A DNA stretch of 64,000 nt from Spirochaetota bacterium (GCA_050298055.1 JBNKTL010000008.1:56884-120883); one strand, 5' to 3'; positions 9,801 through 18,991 are shown, numbered from the stretch's first letter. Notes: a model not told the origin generated them from the letters alone. Numbers and translations: made by a program.

Positions 9801-11258
9801 ATAGGGGGCAAGGCTTACAGCCTCTTCTTCGCCAGAAATATAAAGGAACTTACGGTGCCGGATGGTTTTATCCTCCCCCCCGGTCTCTATGACTGGATAC
9901 GGGAGGGTGATATCAACAGCTCCAAGTTCAGGGAGAAGGTGGTGGACCACTTCAGGGAGTATATCGACGAGTTCTCGGAAGGAAGGTTCGGCAACCCGGA
10001 CAACCCCATGCTCTTTTCGGTAAGAAGCGGTGCCGTATTTTCAATGCCCGGGGTCATGGATACCATAACCAATGTGGGAATGACCGACGAGATCCTCCAC
10101 AGGCTTGCCCGGAGAGACATGTGGTTCGCATACGACTGTTACAGGAGGCTTATCCAGGACTTTGCCATTTCCCTTGCCGATGTTGACAGGAGGGTCTTCG
10201 AAAACCTCATGGCCACTGCCAAAGGCCGTGCCGGTGTGGCGCTCAAGGAACAGCTTTCCGGGGAGCAGATGCGGGATGTTGCCGAGAGCTACAAGTATGC
10301 CATCAATAATTATGCCGTGTCCCTTCCCAAGGACCCCTATCTCCAGCTTCTCTATGCCATACTCTCCGTCTATAAGTCGTGGGACTCAAGCATTGCCCGG
10401 AACTACAGGAAGTTCATAAACATCTCCGATGAGTGGGGGACTTCCGTTGTGGTCCAGAAGATGGTATTCGGTAACTATACCCCTTCCTGTCTTACCGGTG
10501 TGGTCCACAGCAGCTTTCACGGTTCTGAAAATATCGGGATTTTCGGTGAGTACAAGACCAGGGCCCAGGGCTACGATATTGTAAGCGGTGTGGCGCGGGT
10601 CTTTCCCATAAGCGAGAGACAGAAGACGGTCCAGCCAAAGCTGAAGGAATACCCGTCGCTTGAAAACTCATTTCCGGAAATATATAAAAAGCTCCTGGAC
10701 ATGGTTGCCACGGTGAGAAAACACTGGAAGAATGATGTGGAGATGGAGTTTACCGTGCAGAATGACCTCCTCTACCTCCTGCAGGTCAGGGGAATGACAA
10801 GCGACACCTTTGATGTTGAGGAAGTGGATGAAAAGCCCAGAGAGCTTATTAAATCTCTTCTCGGCCAGGGACTTGCCGCGTCCGGGGGCGCGGTTTCCGG
10901 CAGGGCGGTTTTCGATATTGACAGGATTGACATGGTGCGAAATGCATATCCTGGCGATAAATTGGTTCTCATCCGTCCAGAAACAAATCCCGAGGATGTC
11001 ATCGGTATGAAGAAATCGGACGGCATCCTGACCTGTATCGGCGGAATGACTTCACACGCGGTCCTCCAGATGAAGCGTCTTAACAAGTCGGGGGTAAGCG
11101 ACTTTTCCGCAATGAAGATCGATGATAAGAAAAATATCGCTGTTATCAAAGGCGGCAATGAAGACGATACTACCATTATCCGGGAGGGTGATTTCCTCAC
11201 CATCGACGGCAGCACGGGACATGTCTACTTCGGATTTCACAAAACAAAGAAGAAATAA
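6858..11258 (+). CDS. Large PPDK-like dikinase: ~950 aa unknown N-terminus + ATP-grasp domain + phospho-His swivel domain; no pyruvate-binding barrel
   Basis: IGGKA, SVRSGAVFSMPGVMDTITNVG, QKMVFGN, AQGYDIVSG, EMEFT..LYLLQVR, ETNPED, GGMTSHA, IDGSTG; the protein stops 12 aa after that last motif. Confidence 0.85.
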   Translation: MPVILTQRPPVEDLQKLGIPFQNKVGASRKVNNLIEELSHPNIDWKTAVGEIRSYLFDYIHEIAPEGPDILPILFYFLYEATARKKGSALRACETFFNRYNFIIKNRGEGKGAFEKLQELFDEFYEKYNSLLLEESRQGYFYGSINNTVLNFGSTLVEKGEEAGPLLAKINTFIKLQFLVYLERIILTSEKEIKKLKVSLAGSSVRDEILDLLESVSKKSYRRLLDSVEDGLKKDQLGLFGRIHEKLDFSHNSRTWEKICTLVRKSIDEDGIDDASALDLLAYLIEKSNEGSDRDLQLFISRTVASVCSTFVQKEKISLLNDVVDMVMPSLLREIENERNYYAAFTTIYNIGKTVIESGNLEVIDYFVDILVKSKFCFPSFSGIASDWSVIVNSSHLENIRTWMKLIELNPVLMGRLAASLIVNLKLGGVFLKDTDVFQRDISLLLNSDYKEAFYLVTSLAAVFPAFFHDIGATGNIRSFTEKIDTNHQMNDLIHFVRKQVHVESSSRTVFLVQRVVEFWLSGDRTLLKGLVPVEVYDNLDHLYKMINYDQEKVPEEIIREMKEHFTHLADLKFWDFLDQIGRDTFVEFVEKNNFRKISGKEKKEALIYFEDYFTTRNPTELSKMLLVIEDMFGVDMTTTKIWKLLYEISDDEFRRMFDVVEQCDVSKVNVEKFITFLHVYRMLFDKYNFSEIRAVEKLEIYAGEGLFRPHEDFFRVLTGPDLLKALDRLLLTQDSLKKGILLSGEQFEPLDTIEFKRHIAFGIPSMYGSYKEKKFDTLKVFFHMNLIRLSLFEKIDEEYGNFEKGELDFPLIREIIFLFLRTFLIDGLANQEMLISCNLLDTPNMRFAQFRDIINHLLSIHGEVSDRFNKTFKSVCVSAINNIGIDSIIEKFHPHDRENSIEIIVDRFMRDQIMQSPLLQLFDNFLIRLRDRVQAEMDEKSDFICLNCGDPDKLESGKIHELRSFDDFMPEHKTYLPIWDIGGKAYSLFFARNIKELTVPDGFILPPGLYDWIREGDINSSKFREKVVDHFREYIDEFSEGRFGNPDNPMLFSVRSGAVFSMPGVMDTITNVGMTDEILHRLARRDMWFAYDCYRRLIQDFAISLADVDRRVFENLMATAKGRAGVALKEQLSGEQMRDVAESYKYAINNYAVSLPKDPYLQLLYAILSVYKSWDSSIARNYRKFINISDEWGTSVVVQKMVFGNYTPSCLTGVVHSSFHGSENIGIFGEYKTRAQGYDIVSGVARVFPISERQKTVQPKLKEYPSLENSFPEIYKKLLDMVATVRKHWKNDVEMEFTVQNDLLYLLQVRGMTSDTFDVEEVDEKPRELIKSLLGQGLAASGGAVSGRAVFDIDRIDMVRNAYPGDKLVLIRPETNPEDVIGMKKSDGILTCIGGMTSHAVLQMKRLNKSGVSDFSAMKIDDKKNIAVIKGGNEDDTTIIREGDFLTIDGSTGHVYFGFHKTKKK

Positions 11259-11314
11259 AAGGAACTACTCACCTTTGGTAAAATAATACTCTTTATACCT
11301 TAAATAATTAAGGG

Positions 11315-11405
11315 ATTTAGCCGCAGATGCACGCAGATAGATACAGATAGGATAAGAAAAGAGAAAAAATTATCAGCGTTCATCTGCGTTTATCTGCGGC
11401 TAAAT
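11315..11405. repeat. 10-bp-periodic inverted repeat (GCAGAT units)
   Basis: atttagccgcagatgcacgcagatagatacagata ... tatcagcgttcatctgcgtttatctgcggctaaat. Confidence 0.8.
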
Positions 11406-11503
11406 TTCTTCTTCTTTTTCACCTCTAAAAAGACTTGCCATTTTTAAAATGAAAACAAAAATTGAGTTGTCTTGAATAATTGTTAATGATCGGAGATGAG
11501 ATT

Positions 11504-12655
11504 ATGAGCCAGGTTTCATTTAAGTCACCAATAGGAATCAACGGAATAGGACGAATAGGAAAACTCCTCGTCTGGTGTCTTACTGCGAGAAAGGAACAGA
11601 AAGAAATTGTCATTTCGACCGGCAGGGAAGTGGGGAAAAGCATAAATGACCTTGCCGCTTACTTTGAGTATGACAGCACCTACGGGAACTATGAGAAGTT
11701 CCTCTTCGGGTATAAAGCTGAGAAGCGTATTGAGATAAAGGATTCCGTGCTTTATATGAACGGGGTGAAGATAACCTGGCTCAACCAGCCCGAGTTCAGG
11801 GTCCCGGGGAAGATCCCCTGGTGTGATTACGGCGTGGAAATGGTCTTTGATACAACCGGTAAGATGGTTGATCCCACTGTCTGCGATGATAATTCCCTGA
11901 GAGGGCATCTCAATAATGCAAAGAAAGTCATGCTCACAGCGCCCTTTAAGATAAAAAGCAAGGGCGCCCTCATGCCGGAAGACTCCATTACCGTTGTGGG
12001 AGGTGTAAACTACCAGGATTATGATGACAATAAGCACAACATTATCTCAAACGCATCGTGTACTACAAATTGCTGCGCCCCCCCCATCAAGGCCATTGTT
12101 GACCATTTCGGTGAGAAACTGATATCCTACGCGCTGACAACGGTACATGCCGCCACCAATTCCCAGTCTGTTCTCGATTCACTGGCAAAGAGCGGGGAGA
12201 AGGACACAAGAAAGAGCAGAAGCTCACTGAACAATATGATCCCGACTACCACAGGGGCCGCCGGCGCGGTCCTTGAAGTCATCCCGGAGATCAGGGAACT
12301 GGGAATAGGTTCCCAGGCATCAGGTATCCGGGTCCCGGTAAATACAGGTTCAATTGTTGTCCTGGATATATCGGTTATGGGTGAATATGACAATGATTCA
12401 ATGCACGATATTTTCAGAAAATATTCCGAAAAAAACAGCGATATAATGAAATTCTCCGATGAGCAGCTTGTCAGCTCCGATATAGTGGGAGCGACCCACT
12501 CAAGCATATACGACTCGCCTTTTACCCATCACAGGACCTCTAAAAGGGATGACAGGTACTATACCATGTTCGACCTCAATTTCTGGTACGACAATGAGTT
12601 TGGTTACGTGAATTCACTCCTCAGGACATACGATCTCATCACCAGAAGAAGGTAA
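11504..12655 (+). CDS. gap: Glyceraldehyde-3-phosphate dehydrogenase (type I fold, divergent subgroup with insertions)
   Basis: GINGIGRIG, SNASCTTNC, TVHA, PTTTGAA, RVP, WYDNEFGY. ATG 11504 follows GGAG. Confidence 0.88.
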   Translation: MSQVSFKSPIGINGIGRIGKLLVWCLTARKEQKEIVISTGREVGKSINDLAAYFEYDSTYGNYEKFLFGYKAEKRIEIKDSVLYMNGVKITWLNQPEFRVPGKIPWCDYGVEMVFDTTGKMVDPTVCDDNSLRGHLNNAKKVMLTAPFKIKSKGALMPEDSITVVGGVNYQDYDDNKHNIISNASCTTNCCAPPIKAIVDHFGEKLISYALTTVHAATNSQSVLDSLAKSGEKDTRKSRSSLNNMIPTTTGAAGAVLEVIPEIRELGIGSQASGIRVPVNTGSIVVLDISVMGEYDNDSMHDIFRKYSEKNSDIMKFSDEQLVSSDIVGATHSSIYDSPFTHHRTSKRDDRYYTMFDLNFWYDNEFGYVNSLLRTYDLITRRR

Positions 12656-12710
12656 AAGGCGGTATTCCCTCTTAAATTCCTTAGAGGTTCGTATCTGTAT
12701 ACTTTCTTTT

Positions 12711-12865
12711 GAACCGCCAAGTTTAAGATAATGTTGAATGTTAAATTGTAAATTTTAAGTTATCTGATAAGGAACAGTTTCTTTAATTTAACATTTAACA
12801 TTAAAAACTTAACATTAATAAAACTCTTCCTTCGTGCACTTCGTGAGCTTCGTGTGAAACCTCTT
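12711..12865. repeat. 7-bp-periodic inverted repeat (12730-12816) followed by a 9-bp-periodic half-site (12823-12865)
   Basis: aatgttg-aatgtta-aattgta-aatttta ... ttaacat-ttaacat-taaaaac-ttaacat; then cttcgtg three times at ~9-bp period. Confidence 0.75.
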
Positions 12866-12907
12866 TTTCCTTTTCTTATCCTTTCCCCGGGAAAAGGGAA
12901 AGAGCCA

Positions 12908-12936
12908 TTGACATAAATTAAAATTCATACTATATT
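12908..12936 (+). promoter_or_regulatory. sigma70-type promoter for the hybrid kinase gene
   Basis: TTGACA-17 nt-TATATT, about 50 bp upstream of the start. Confidence 0.6.
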
Positions 12937-12984
12937 ATTGCATGATTTTTTCTCTGCAATTCCTCTGTGGTTTCCGGTGGAGAC

Positions 12985-15348
12985 ATGAGTAAAATGGCTT
13001 CCGGTGATTCCTACAAGGAGATAATCCAGACTCTTCCGGACATCATCTATGAAATAGATCCCCGGGGGAACTTTACCTACCTCAATGAAGCGGTCACAAA
13101 ACTTGGTTATGATCCGGAGGAACTTCTCGGCAAACACTTCAGTATACTCATTCACCCCCATGATATACGGGAAGTTTCTCTGAATGAGATTATCAGCAGG
13201 TTCAAGGGTAAAACAGTTGATGACCGGGAGCAGCCGAAAGTCTTTAACGAGAGAAGGACCGGGAAAAGACTCACAAGGGGGCTTAAACTTCGTCTCCTGC
13301 CGAAGAACTATGACAGCCACAGGGAAAACCACGTGGAGTGTGAAATATATGCCCTGGGAAAGTACGAATATATCGATGATGAGAAAAGGCAGTTTCTCGG
13401 GACCCTGGGAATGATAAAGGATGTCAGTGAAAGAAAACTCTCCGAGAAGCTCCTGCTCCTCAATGAAAAGCATTACAGGAACCTCATGGAGAATATCACC
13501 GAGGTTATTTCCATTATCTTCCCCGACGGTACGGTGCTTTATAAAACAGATTCCGTTACAAATATCCTGGGCTATGAACCATTTGATTTAATCGGCGAGA
13601 ATGAGATTGAATATATTCATCCCGATGATATCAGAAAATTTGATAATATCCTCAAGGGGAAGGTCGACATCGAAAAGATCAATATCCTGAGATACAGGTA
13701 CATGAACAGAAACGGTCTCTGGAGGATATTTGAAACCAGGTTTAAAAAAATTCTCGATCCTGAAAGTAAAACCATGTGCTATATATGCAATTCCCGGGAT
13801 ATAACCGAACAGATTGAAGCGGAGGACAAGCTGATCATGGCCATGGAGATGGCCAGGGCCGCCTCACGGGCAAAGAGCGAATTCCTTGCCAATATCAGTC
13901 ACGAGATCAGAACACCCCTGAACGCAATCCTCGGGTTTACACAGCTACTGGAGAGCATGATCGGGGATGAAGAACTTTCCGGGTACCTGTCGGCGATAAA
14001 AACCGCAGGCAACAGCCTCCTGACGCTTATCAATGACATCCTGGACCTCTCCAAGGTTGAAGCGGGGAAAATTGAGCTCCTCTATGGACCCGTTTCTTTA
14101 AAAAATCTGTTTGCGGAGATTGAAAATATCTTCTCGTTGAAGATAAAGGAAAAAAAGATTCAATATTTTACAGACCTTGACAGGCTGCTTCCCTCCGTAA
14201 TCATTCTTGATAAGGCAAGGATCAGGCAGGTTCTTTTCAATGTTGTGGGAAATGCCATTAAGTTTACGGATAAAGGGTTTATTAAAGTATCGGCCGGTGC
14301 AAGGTTCAGGAGTGATGATAAAAGCTTTGCCGATTTAATCATCTCAGTGGAGGATACCGGTACAGGGATTCCCGGGGAGGAGCAGGAGAGGATCTTTGAG
14401 TCCTTTGTTCAGAGAAAGGGACAGAACAAGACCAGGTATGGGGGGACAGGGCTCGGCCTTTCCATCTGTAAAAAACTCCTTGATGCCATGGGCGGGGACA
14501 TATCGGTCTCAAGCAAGCCGGGGGAGGGGTCCCTGTTTACACTGACTGTCAGGGACGTAAGGATAGCGGACTCAAAAGCAGATGCTTTACATAATGATAT
14601 TGATTACTCTTCAATATCTTTTACCCCGGCCACAATACTGGTCGTCACCGGTGAAAATGCGGACCTCAATTTTATCAAGCGGATTTTTTCCGGAACAGAT
14701 GTGAAAATTATAACCGGCAGAAGTCTTCAGAGTGCAGTTGAAATAATTGAAAGTTTGACACCGGACATCATTATTATCGATATCAGGATGCTCATGAATA
14801 ATCCCCTTTCTGATAAAATACTGAACCAGGAGGAAAGGGAGAGGCGGGTCCCCCTGATTTCAATTTTACCGTCCGATGGGGAGATGGAGAAAATGGAGAT
14901 TCTCCCTGAATACGGGGCGTGTGACGGATTAATTATGAGACCTTTCAGCAAATCGTCTCTTTACGGGGAAGTCAGCCGGTTTATCGGTTTCAGAGATCTC
15001 CCGGTCAAGGGGGGGGCCGTATCCGGAAATTTCTATTCCCATAAACTGGAAAAAAACGGTTTCCCGGCTGATTCACTTGAATTGATTCCCACAATGGTCA
15101 ATATCCTTGAAGATGAGTACATGCCCCTCTGGGAGAAATATTGCAGGGTTCATCACATGAACAGGCTGAGAGAGTTTGGGGCCGGTATTGAAAATATCGG
15201 TGTACAGTACTCGGTTGAACAGCTTGCAGATTACGGCAGAGACCTTGTAAAATATGCCGACAGGTTTGATATTGAAAAGATCAAGAGAACTCTGGAGTTT
15301 TTCCCTGAAATTATTGATACGGTGAAGAGATTGCTTGACAGCAGGTAA
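12985..15348 (+). CDS. Hybrid sensor histidine kinase (2 PAS, HisKA, HATPase, degenerate receiver)
   Basis: FLANISHEIRTPL H-box, NVVGNAIKFT, DTGTG, GGTGLGL; two PAS domains (IHPHD, IHPDD). Confidence 0.92.
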   Translation: MSKMASGDSYKEIIQTLPDIIYEIDPRGNFTYLNEAVTKLGYDPEELLGKHFSILIHPHDIREVSLNEIISRFKGKTVDDREQPKVFNERRTGKRLTRGLKLRLLPKNYDSHRENHVECEIYALGKYEYIDDEKRQFLGTLGMIKDVSERKLSEKLLLLNEKHYRNLMENITEVISIIFPDGTVLYKTDSVTNILGYEPFDLIGENEIEYIHPDDIRKFDNILKGKVDIEKINILRYRYMNRNGLWRIFETRFKKILDPESKTMCYICNSRDITEQIEAEDKLIMAMEMARAASRAKSEFLANISHEIRTPLNAILGFTQLLESMIGDEELSGYLSAIKTAGNSLLTLINDILDLSKVEAGKIELLYGPVSLKNLFAEIENIFSLKIKEKKIQYFTDLDRLLPSVIILDKARIRQVLFNVVGNAIKFTDKGFIKVSAGARFRSDDKSFADLIISVEDTGTGIPGEEQERIFESFVQRKGQNKTRYGGTGLGLSICKKLLDAMGGDISVSSKPGEGSLFTLTVRDVRIADSKADALHNDIDYSSISFTPATILVVTGENADLNFIKRIFSGTDVKIITGRSLQSAVEIIESLTPDIIIIDIRMLMNNPLSDKILNQEERERRVPLISILPSDGEMEKMEILPEYGACDGLIMRPFSKSSLYGEVSRFIGFRDLPVKGGAVSGNFYSHKLEKNGFPADSLELIPTMVNILEDEYMPLWEKYCRVHHMNRLREFGAGIENIGVQYSVEQLADYGRDLVKYADRFDIEKIKRTLEFFPEIIDTVKRLLDSR

Positions 15349-15369
15349 GATGGCCGGAATATTTCATCA

Positions 15370-16113
15370 ATGAAAGGATTTATACTTGCCGCAGGTTACG
15401 GTGAGAGGCTCCGCCCCCTTACCGATGAGGTCCCCAAACCCCTGATACCAATTGCAGGAATTCCCTCAATATGCTATTCCCTGGCACTCCTGAAAAAGAA
15501 CGGTATTACCGAGGTCATATGCAATCTCCACTACAGGTATGGTGATGTTCTGGATTTTTTCCGGAGGAACGGGAACTTCGGTTTTAACCTGGAGTTTTCC
15601 CTGGAGGAGGAGCTGCTGGGAACAGGGGGGGGATTGAAAAAGTGCGAATCCTTTTTAAAGGATGATAATTTTATCCTTCTTAACAGTGACATTATAACAG
15701 ACCTTGACCTGGAGAATATGGGGGATGAGTTTCACCGTTCAGGGGGAAAAGGGATGCTTTCACTCTTTCCCCTGGATAAAGGGAGCCTTCCCGGAACAGT
15801 TTCAGTGGAAAAAGACCTTGTTGTGGATTTTAACGGCATGCTTGATTCGGGGATTACTCCCCTTTATGATTATATGGGTGCGGCACTACTGACACCGGCT
15901 GTTTTTGACTACCTTGTTCCGGAACATTCCTGTATTGTGAGGACGGGATACAGCAGCCTGGCCAGGGAGGGGAAGCTCGGTTCATTTGTCCATAAAGGTC
16001 TCTGGACGGATATCGGTTCACAGGAAAAACTTAAGGGAGCGGACAGGTACCTCCGGGAGGAAGGAGCGGCATTTATAAAGGAGTTAAAAGAGATCCTGGG
16101 GGAAATAAAGTAA
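15370..16113 (+). CDS. Sugar-phosphate nucleotidyltransferase (MurU/NTP_transferase-like)
   Basis: ILAAGYGERLRPLT..PKPL, EELLGTGGG, LNSD, WTDIGS. Confidence 0.85.
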   Translation: MKGFILAAGYGERLRPLTDEVPKPLIPIAGIPSICYSLALLKKNGITEVICNLHYRYGDVLDFFRRNGNFGFNLEFSLEEELLGTGGGLKKCESFLKDDNFILLNSDIITDLDLENMGDEFHRSGGKGMLSLFPLDKGSLPGTVSVEKDLVVDFNGMLDSGITPLYDYMGAALLTPAVFDYLVPEHSCIVRTGYSSLAREGKLGSFVHKGLWTDIGSQEKLKGADRYLREEGAAFIKELKEILGEIK

Positions 16114-16117
16114 GCGG

Positions 16118-17965
16118 TCAGCGGGTATATCCTTCCGGTTCATTATCAGAGATTATCCTGAACTCCACCCTCCTGTTAAAATCAGAGTACCTGGTCTTTC
16201 TTGTGTAAACAGCGGGGTGGTGGCTCCCCACACCCTTAATGCTGAACCTCGCCCGGTTGAGTCCGAACTTGATCATGTAATCCCTCACAGTTTTTGCCCT
16301 GAGATAGCTTATCCTCCTGTTTTTTTCAAGAGGTCCGAACCTGTCCGAATGTCCCACTATCTCCAGCTTTGTGCTTCTGTGCCGGCGCATGTAGTTTATC
16401 ATGCTGTGAATAACCGGGTAGTATTCGAGCTTGATCTGTGTTGAATTTGAGCTGAAATAAACAGGTTTGAATATGAACTCGCCGTTTTTTTCAGCCGGGC
16501 TTTTTATGATAACCGGTTTTTTTTCTTTCCTCCGTTCGGGAACAGGCGTTAGTTCCATAAGGACCCGTGTATCCTTTCCCCGTGTAACCTTCACCAGTTT
16601 ATCGGCCGCCCTGTAACCTTTCTGTGCCACTTTGATCTCAATCCATTTTATATCATCTTTGGGTGCTATAAAGAGCCAGCCGTAGCGGCTGCTTCTCCGT
16701 ATGACTGATCTCAGCGGTTTCTCCACGGGATTTGATGAATCTTTGAGATCGATTTTGAACCTGGCGGATACGGGTATTTTTCTCTGTTTTTTTATGACCC
16801 TTATTTTTAACCGTGTGGTTATGGCAGTATCGGGAAGGGCTTTATCTTTCTCTACTTTCTCAACCTTTATTGTGTTCGGGACCTTTGCTTTCTCATCCTT
16901 TCTTTCACTCTCTTTCTCCGCTTCAACAGGCTTTATTTCCGCTACCGTTTCCTTTTCTTTTACAGGTCTTTTTTCAACAGGTGTATCGGTAAATTTTTCT
17001 TTTTGACTGTAGTAATCTTCAGGGAGAATTTCGGAAACCCTGGGTATGTTTATCTTCCTGATATCAGCGAAATAGATATCATACTTCCCAAAACCTCCTT
17101 CCCTGTTTGTGGAAAAATAGAGCCTGTTTCCCACCTCAGTCATAAAGAGGTCGTTGCCCGGGGAGTTGATCTCGGGGCCAAGATTGACAACTTTTGTAAA
17201 CTGACCGTCTACGAGATAGGCAAAGTAGATGTCCCAGCCCCCGAATCCTTTTTTTCTCCTTGATGAAAAGTAGAAACCGGACCTCAGGTGAGAAGGAGTA
17301 AATGAAATTTCGTAATTTCCGGTATTGACCGGTCCGGGCAGTTCTTTAATATCGGTGTACTGCCCGTTTTTCAGAACGGCCCGGTAAATCTTCGATTTTC
17401 TGATATTCTTATAGGGCCATCGGGAAAAATAGAGTGTATGCTTATCGGGGCTCAGGCGCGGGGATCTCTCATTGTTTTTCGTGTTTACATCTCCGGGTAT
17501 CGGTTCCGGTTCTGTCCATTTTCCTTCAACTTTCCGTGAGAAATAGATGTCATATGTCATTCTCGTCCTGCTGGAATAGGAACCTCTCTTGCGGCTCAGC
17601 CTGTCAGACGCAAAAACAATCAGTGTCCCGTCGGGGGTGATGAAGGGTGTTTCGTCATTGTCATACCGGGAATTGAGGATTTCAAAGTATTCCGGTGTTG
17701 TCCATCTTTTGTTTTTAAACCGCGATATGTATATGTTGTGACTTGCCTCGTTTTTAAGTTTGGAATTGAAAAGGAGTATCTTCCCGTCTGCGGTGAGGGT
17801 GGGAGAAAAGTCGTCACCGGAACTGTTTATGGGGAACCTCATATTCAGTACCTTTGATACTTCAATGGGATTTTTCAGTGAACCTCTCAGGCCGGTGATG
17901 ATAGAGAGGATCAGCAAAACTGCCAGGACCGAAATTCTGTAGGATTTTTTCTTTTTCATATTCAT
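16118..17965 (-). CDS. PD40/WD40-like beta-propeller + OmpA-like peptidoglycan-binding domain protein
   Basis: Repeated PxxxxDGxxLxFxSxR..G..DIY motifs; C-terminal GHSD...N..IS..RA...NRRVEF. Confidence 0.88.
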   Translation of the reverse strand: MNMKKKKSYRISVLAVLLILSIITGLRGSLKNPIEVSKVLNMRFPINSSGDDFSPTLTADGKILLFNSKLKNEASHNIYISRFKNKRWTTPEYFEILNSRYDNDETPFITPDGTLIVFASDRLSRKRGSYSSRTRMTYDIYFSRKVEGKWTEPEPIPGDVNTKNNERSPRLSPDKHTLYFSRWPYKNIRKSKIYRAVLKNGQYTDIKELPGPVNTGNYEISFTPSHLRSGFYFSSRRKKGFGGWDIYFAYLVDGQFTKVVNLGPEINSPGNDLFMTEVGNRLYFSTNREGGFGKYDIYFADIRKINIPRVSEILPEDYYSQKEKFTDTPVEKRPVKEKETVAEIKPVEAEKESERKDEKAKVPNTIKVEKVEKDKALPDTAITTRLKIRVIKKQRKIPVSARFKIDLKDSSNPVEKPLRSVIRRSSRYGWLFIAPKDDIKWIEIKVAQKGYRAADKLVKVTRGKDTRVLMELTPVPERRKEKKPVIIKSPAEKNGEFIFKPVYFSSNSTQIKLEYYPVIHSMINYMRRHRSTKLEIVGHSDRFGPLEKNRRISYLRAKTVRDYMIKFGLNRARFSIKGVGSHHPAVYTRKTRYSDFNRRVEFRIISDNEPEGYTR

Positions 17966-17986
17966 CGTTGATTGTTTATGTTTTCT

Positions 17987-18080
17987 CTCATTACTCAGCT
18001 ATATGGTTATTTTTAACTTATTTACTAAAAATATCAACAATATATCCCCGCCGCCGAAGGCGGCGGGGACATATCAATTT
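17987..18080 (+). mobile_element. MITE copy 2 (left arm + hairpin; right end eroded)
   Basis: ttactcagctatatggtt...atatcaacaatatatccccgccgcc-GAA-ggcggcggggacatatca. Confidence 0.8.
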
Positions 18081-18130
18081 CCTTTTCTTTATTATAATCG
18101 ATAAGAATATATCAATACTTCAGTTTTTAA

Positions 18131-18157
18131 TCAATATTTTAATTATTATGTCGATAA
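18131..18157 (+). promoter_or_regulatory. Possible sigma28 (FliA) promoter
   Basis: TCAA-15 nt-GTCGATAA versus consensus TAAA-N15-GCCGATAA; 31 bp upstream of the ATG. Confidence 0.4.
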
Positions 18158-18188
18158 TTAGGAATGTATTGTCAGGAGGCTTAATATA

Positions 18189-18989
18189 ATGAGGATTCTC
18201 ACGATCATTTCGTGTATAACAGCTGTTTTACTTATCTCTTCAAGCCAATATACAGAGCTTGGAGCCCAGCAATCCTATGAAGATTATATGTACAGCCGTG
18301 AAAAAAACCTCAACAGGGACAGGCCGCTTTCTGAGATCCGTACCGGTGACAGTGATGATGTGATGGATGATATCAGGGGTGCTGTCAGGGAAGAGATTGA
18401 TGAAACAATAAACAAGGAAAGAAAGGCCAGCAAAAAGAAGATCGATAAAAACAGGTTTATCAAGGATATAAGACAGATAGTCAGGGAAGAGATCGAGGAC
18501 GCGATCAAGATAAAGGAAAAGAACTATCTTCATTTCGGGACCGTGGAAATTGGCGGTTTTGTCTCATACCAGGTCAAGGGCCTGGAGAGCAATGAGAATG
18601 ACAACAATACAATTATTAAGCTTTTTCCCATGATAAATTATTTTATTCACACCAACGTAGCCATAGGCCTGAAAGGGGAGGCGGACCTTAATCTCACTCA
18701 GGACACCAAGAGTTATAATGCCGGGATTGGTCCTGTTTTTATTTACGGAATTGACAACGCGAACCAGTTCTGTTTCTACGCGTCAATATTTGCCGGGGCA
18801 AGCATGAACTCCGCACTGAATGATCAATACGGTTACAGGTACGGAAATGAAATTGGATTAAAATTCATCCTCACGAGCGGTGTTATTATGAATGTGGGTG
18901 TCATGATTGTTTTCGATAATGCAGGGGACAATGTCACCGGGTTTCAAAATATCATCGAGCCTACCATAGGCATATCAGCCTGGTTCTAG
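18189..18989 (+). CDS. Outer-membrane beta-barrel protein with charged N-terminal helical repeat
   Basis: Signal peptide; alternating beta-strand pattern; terminal ISAWF; duplicated DIRxxVREEIxxxI. Confidence 0.65.
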   Translation: MRILTIISCITAVLLISSSQYTELGAQQSYEDYMYSREKNLNRDRPLSEIRTGDSDDVMDDIRGAVREEIDETINKERKASKKKIDKNRFIKDIRQIVREEIEDAIKIKEKNYLHFGTVEIGGFVSYQVKGLESNENDNNTIIKLFPMINYFIHTNVAIGLKGEADLNLTQDTKSYNAGIGPVFIYGIDNANQFCFYASIFAGASMNSALNDQYGYRYGNEIGLKFILTSGVIMNVGVMIVFDNAGDNVTGFQNIIEPTIGISAWF

Positions 18990-18991
18990 TA

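Noticed and set aside
11259..11500. Frameshifted continuation of PPDK (missing barrel)
   Set aside because: The downstream sequence is an AT-rich spacer with a repeat followed by gap; there is no room or motif for the PEP-binding domain.
17968..18189. 73-aa ORF containing PRRRRRRGH
   Set aside because: It is the translation of the MITE hairpin and AT-rich spacer; no RBS or coding signal.
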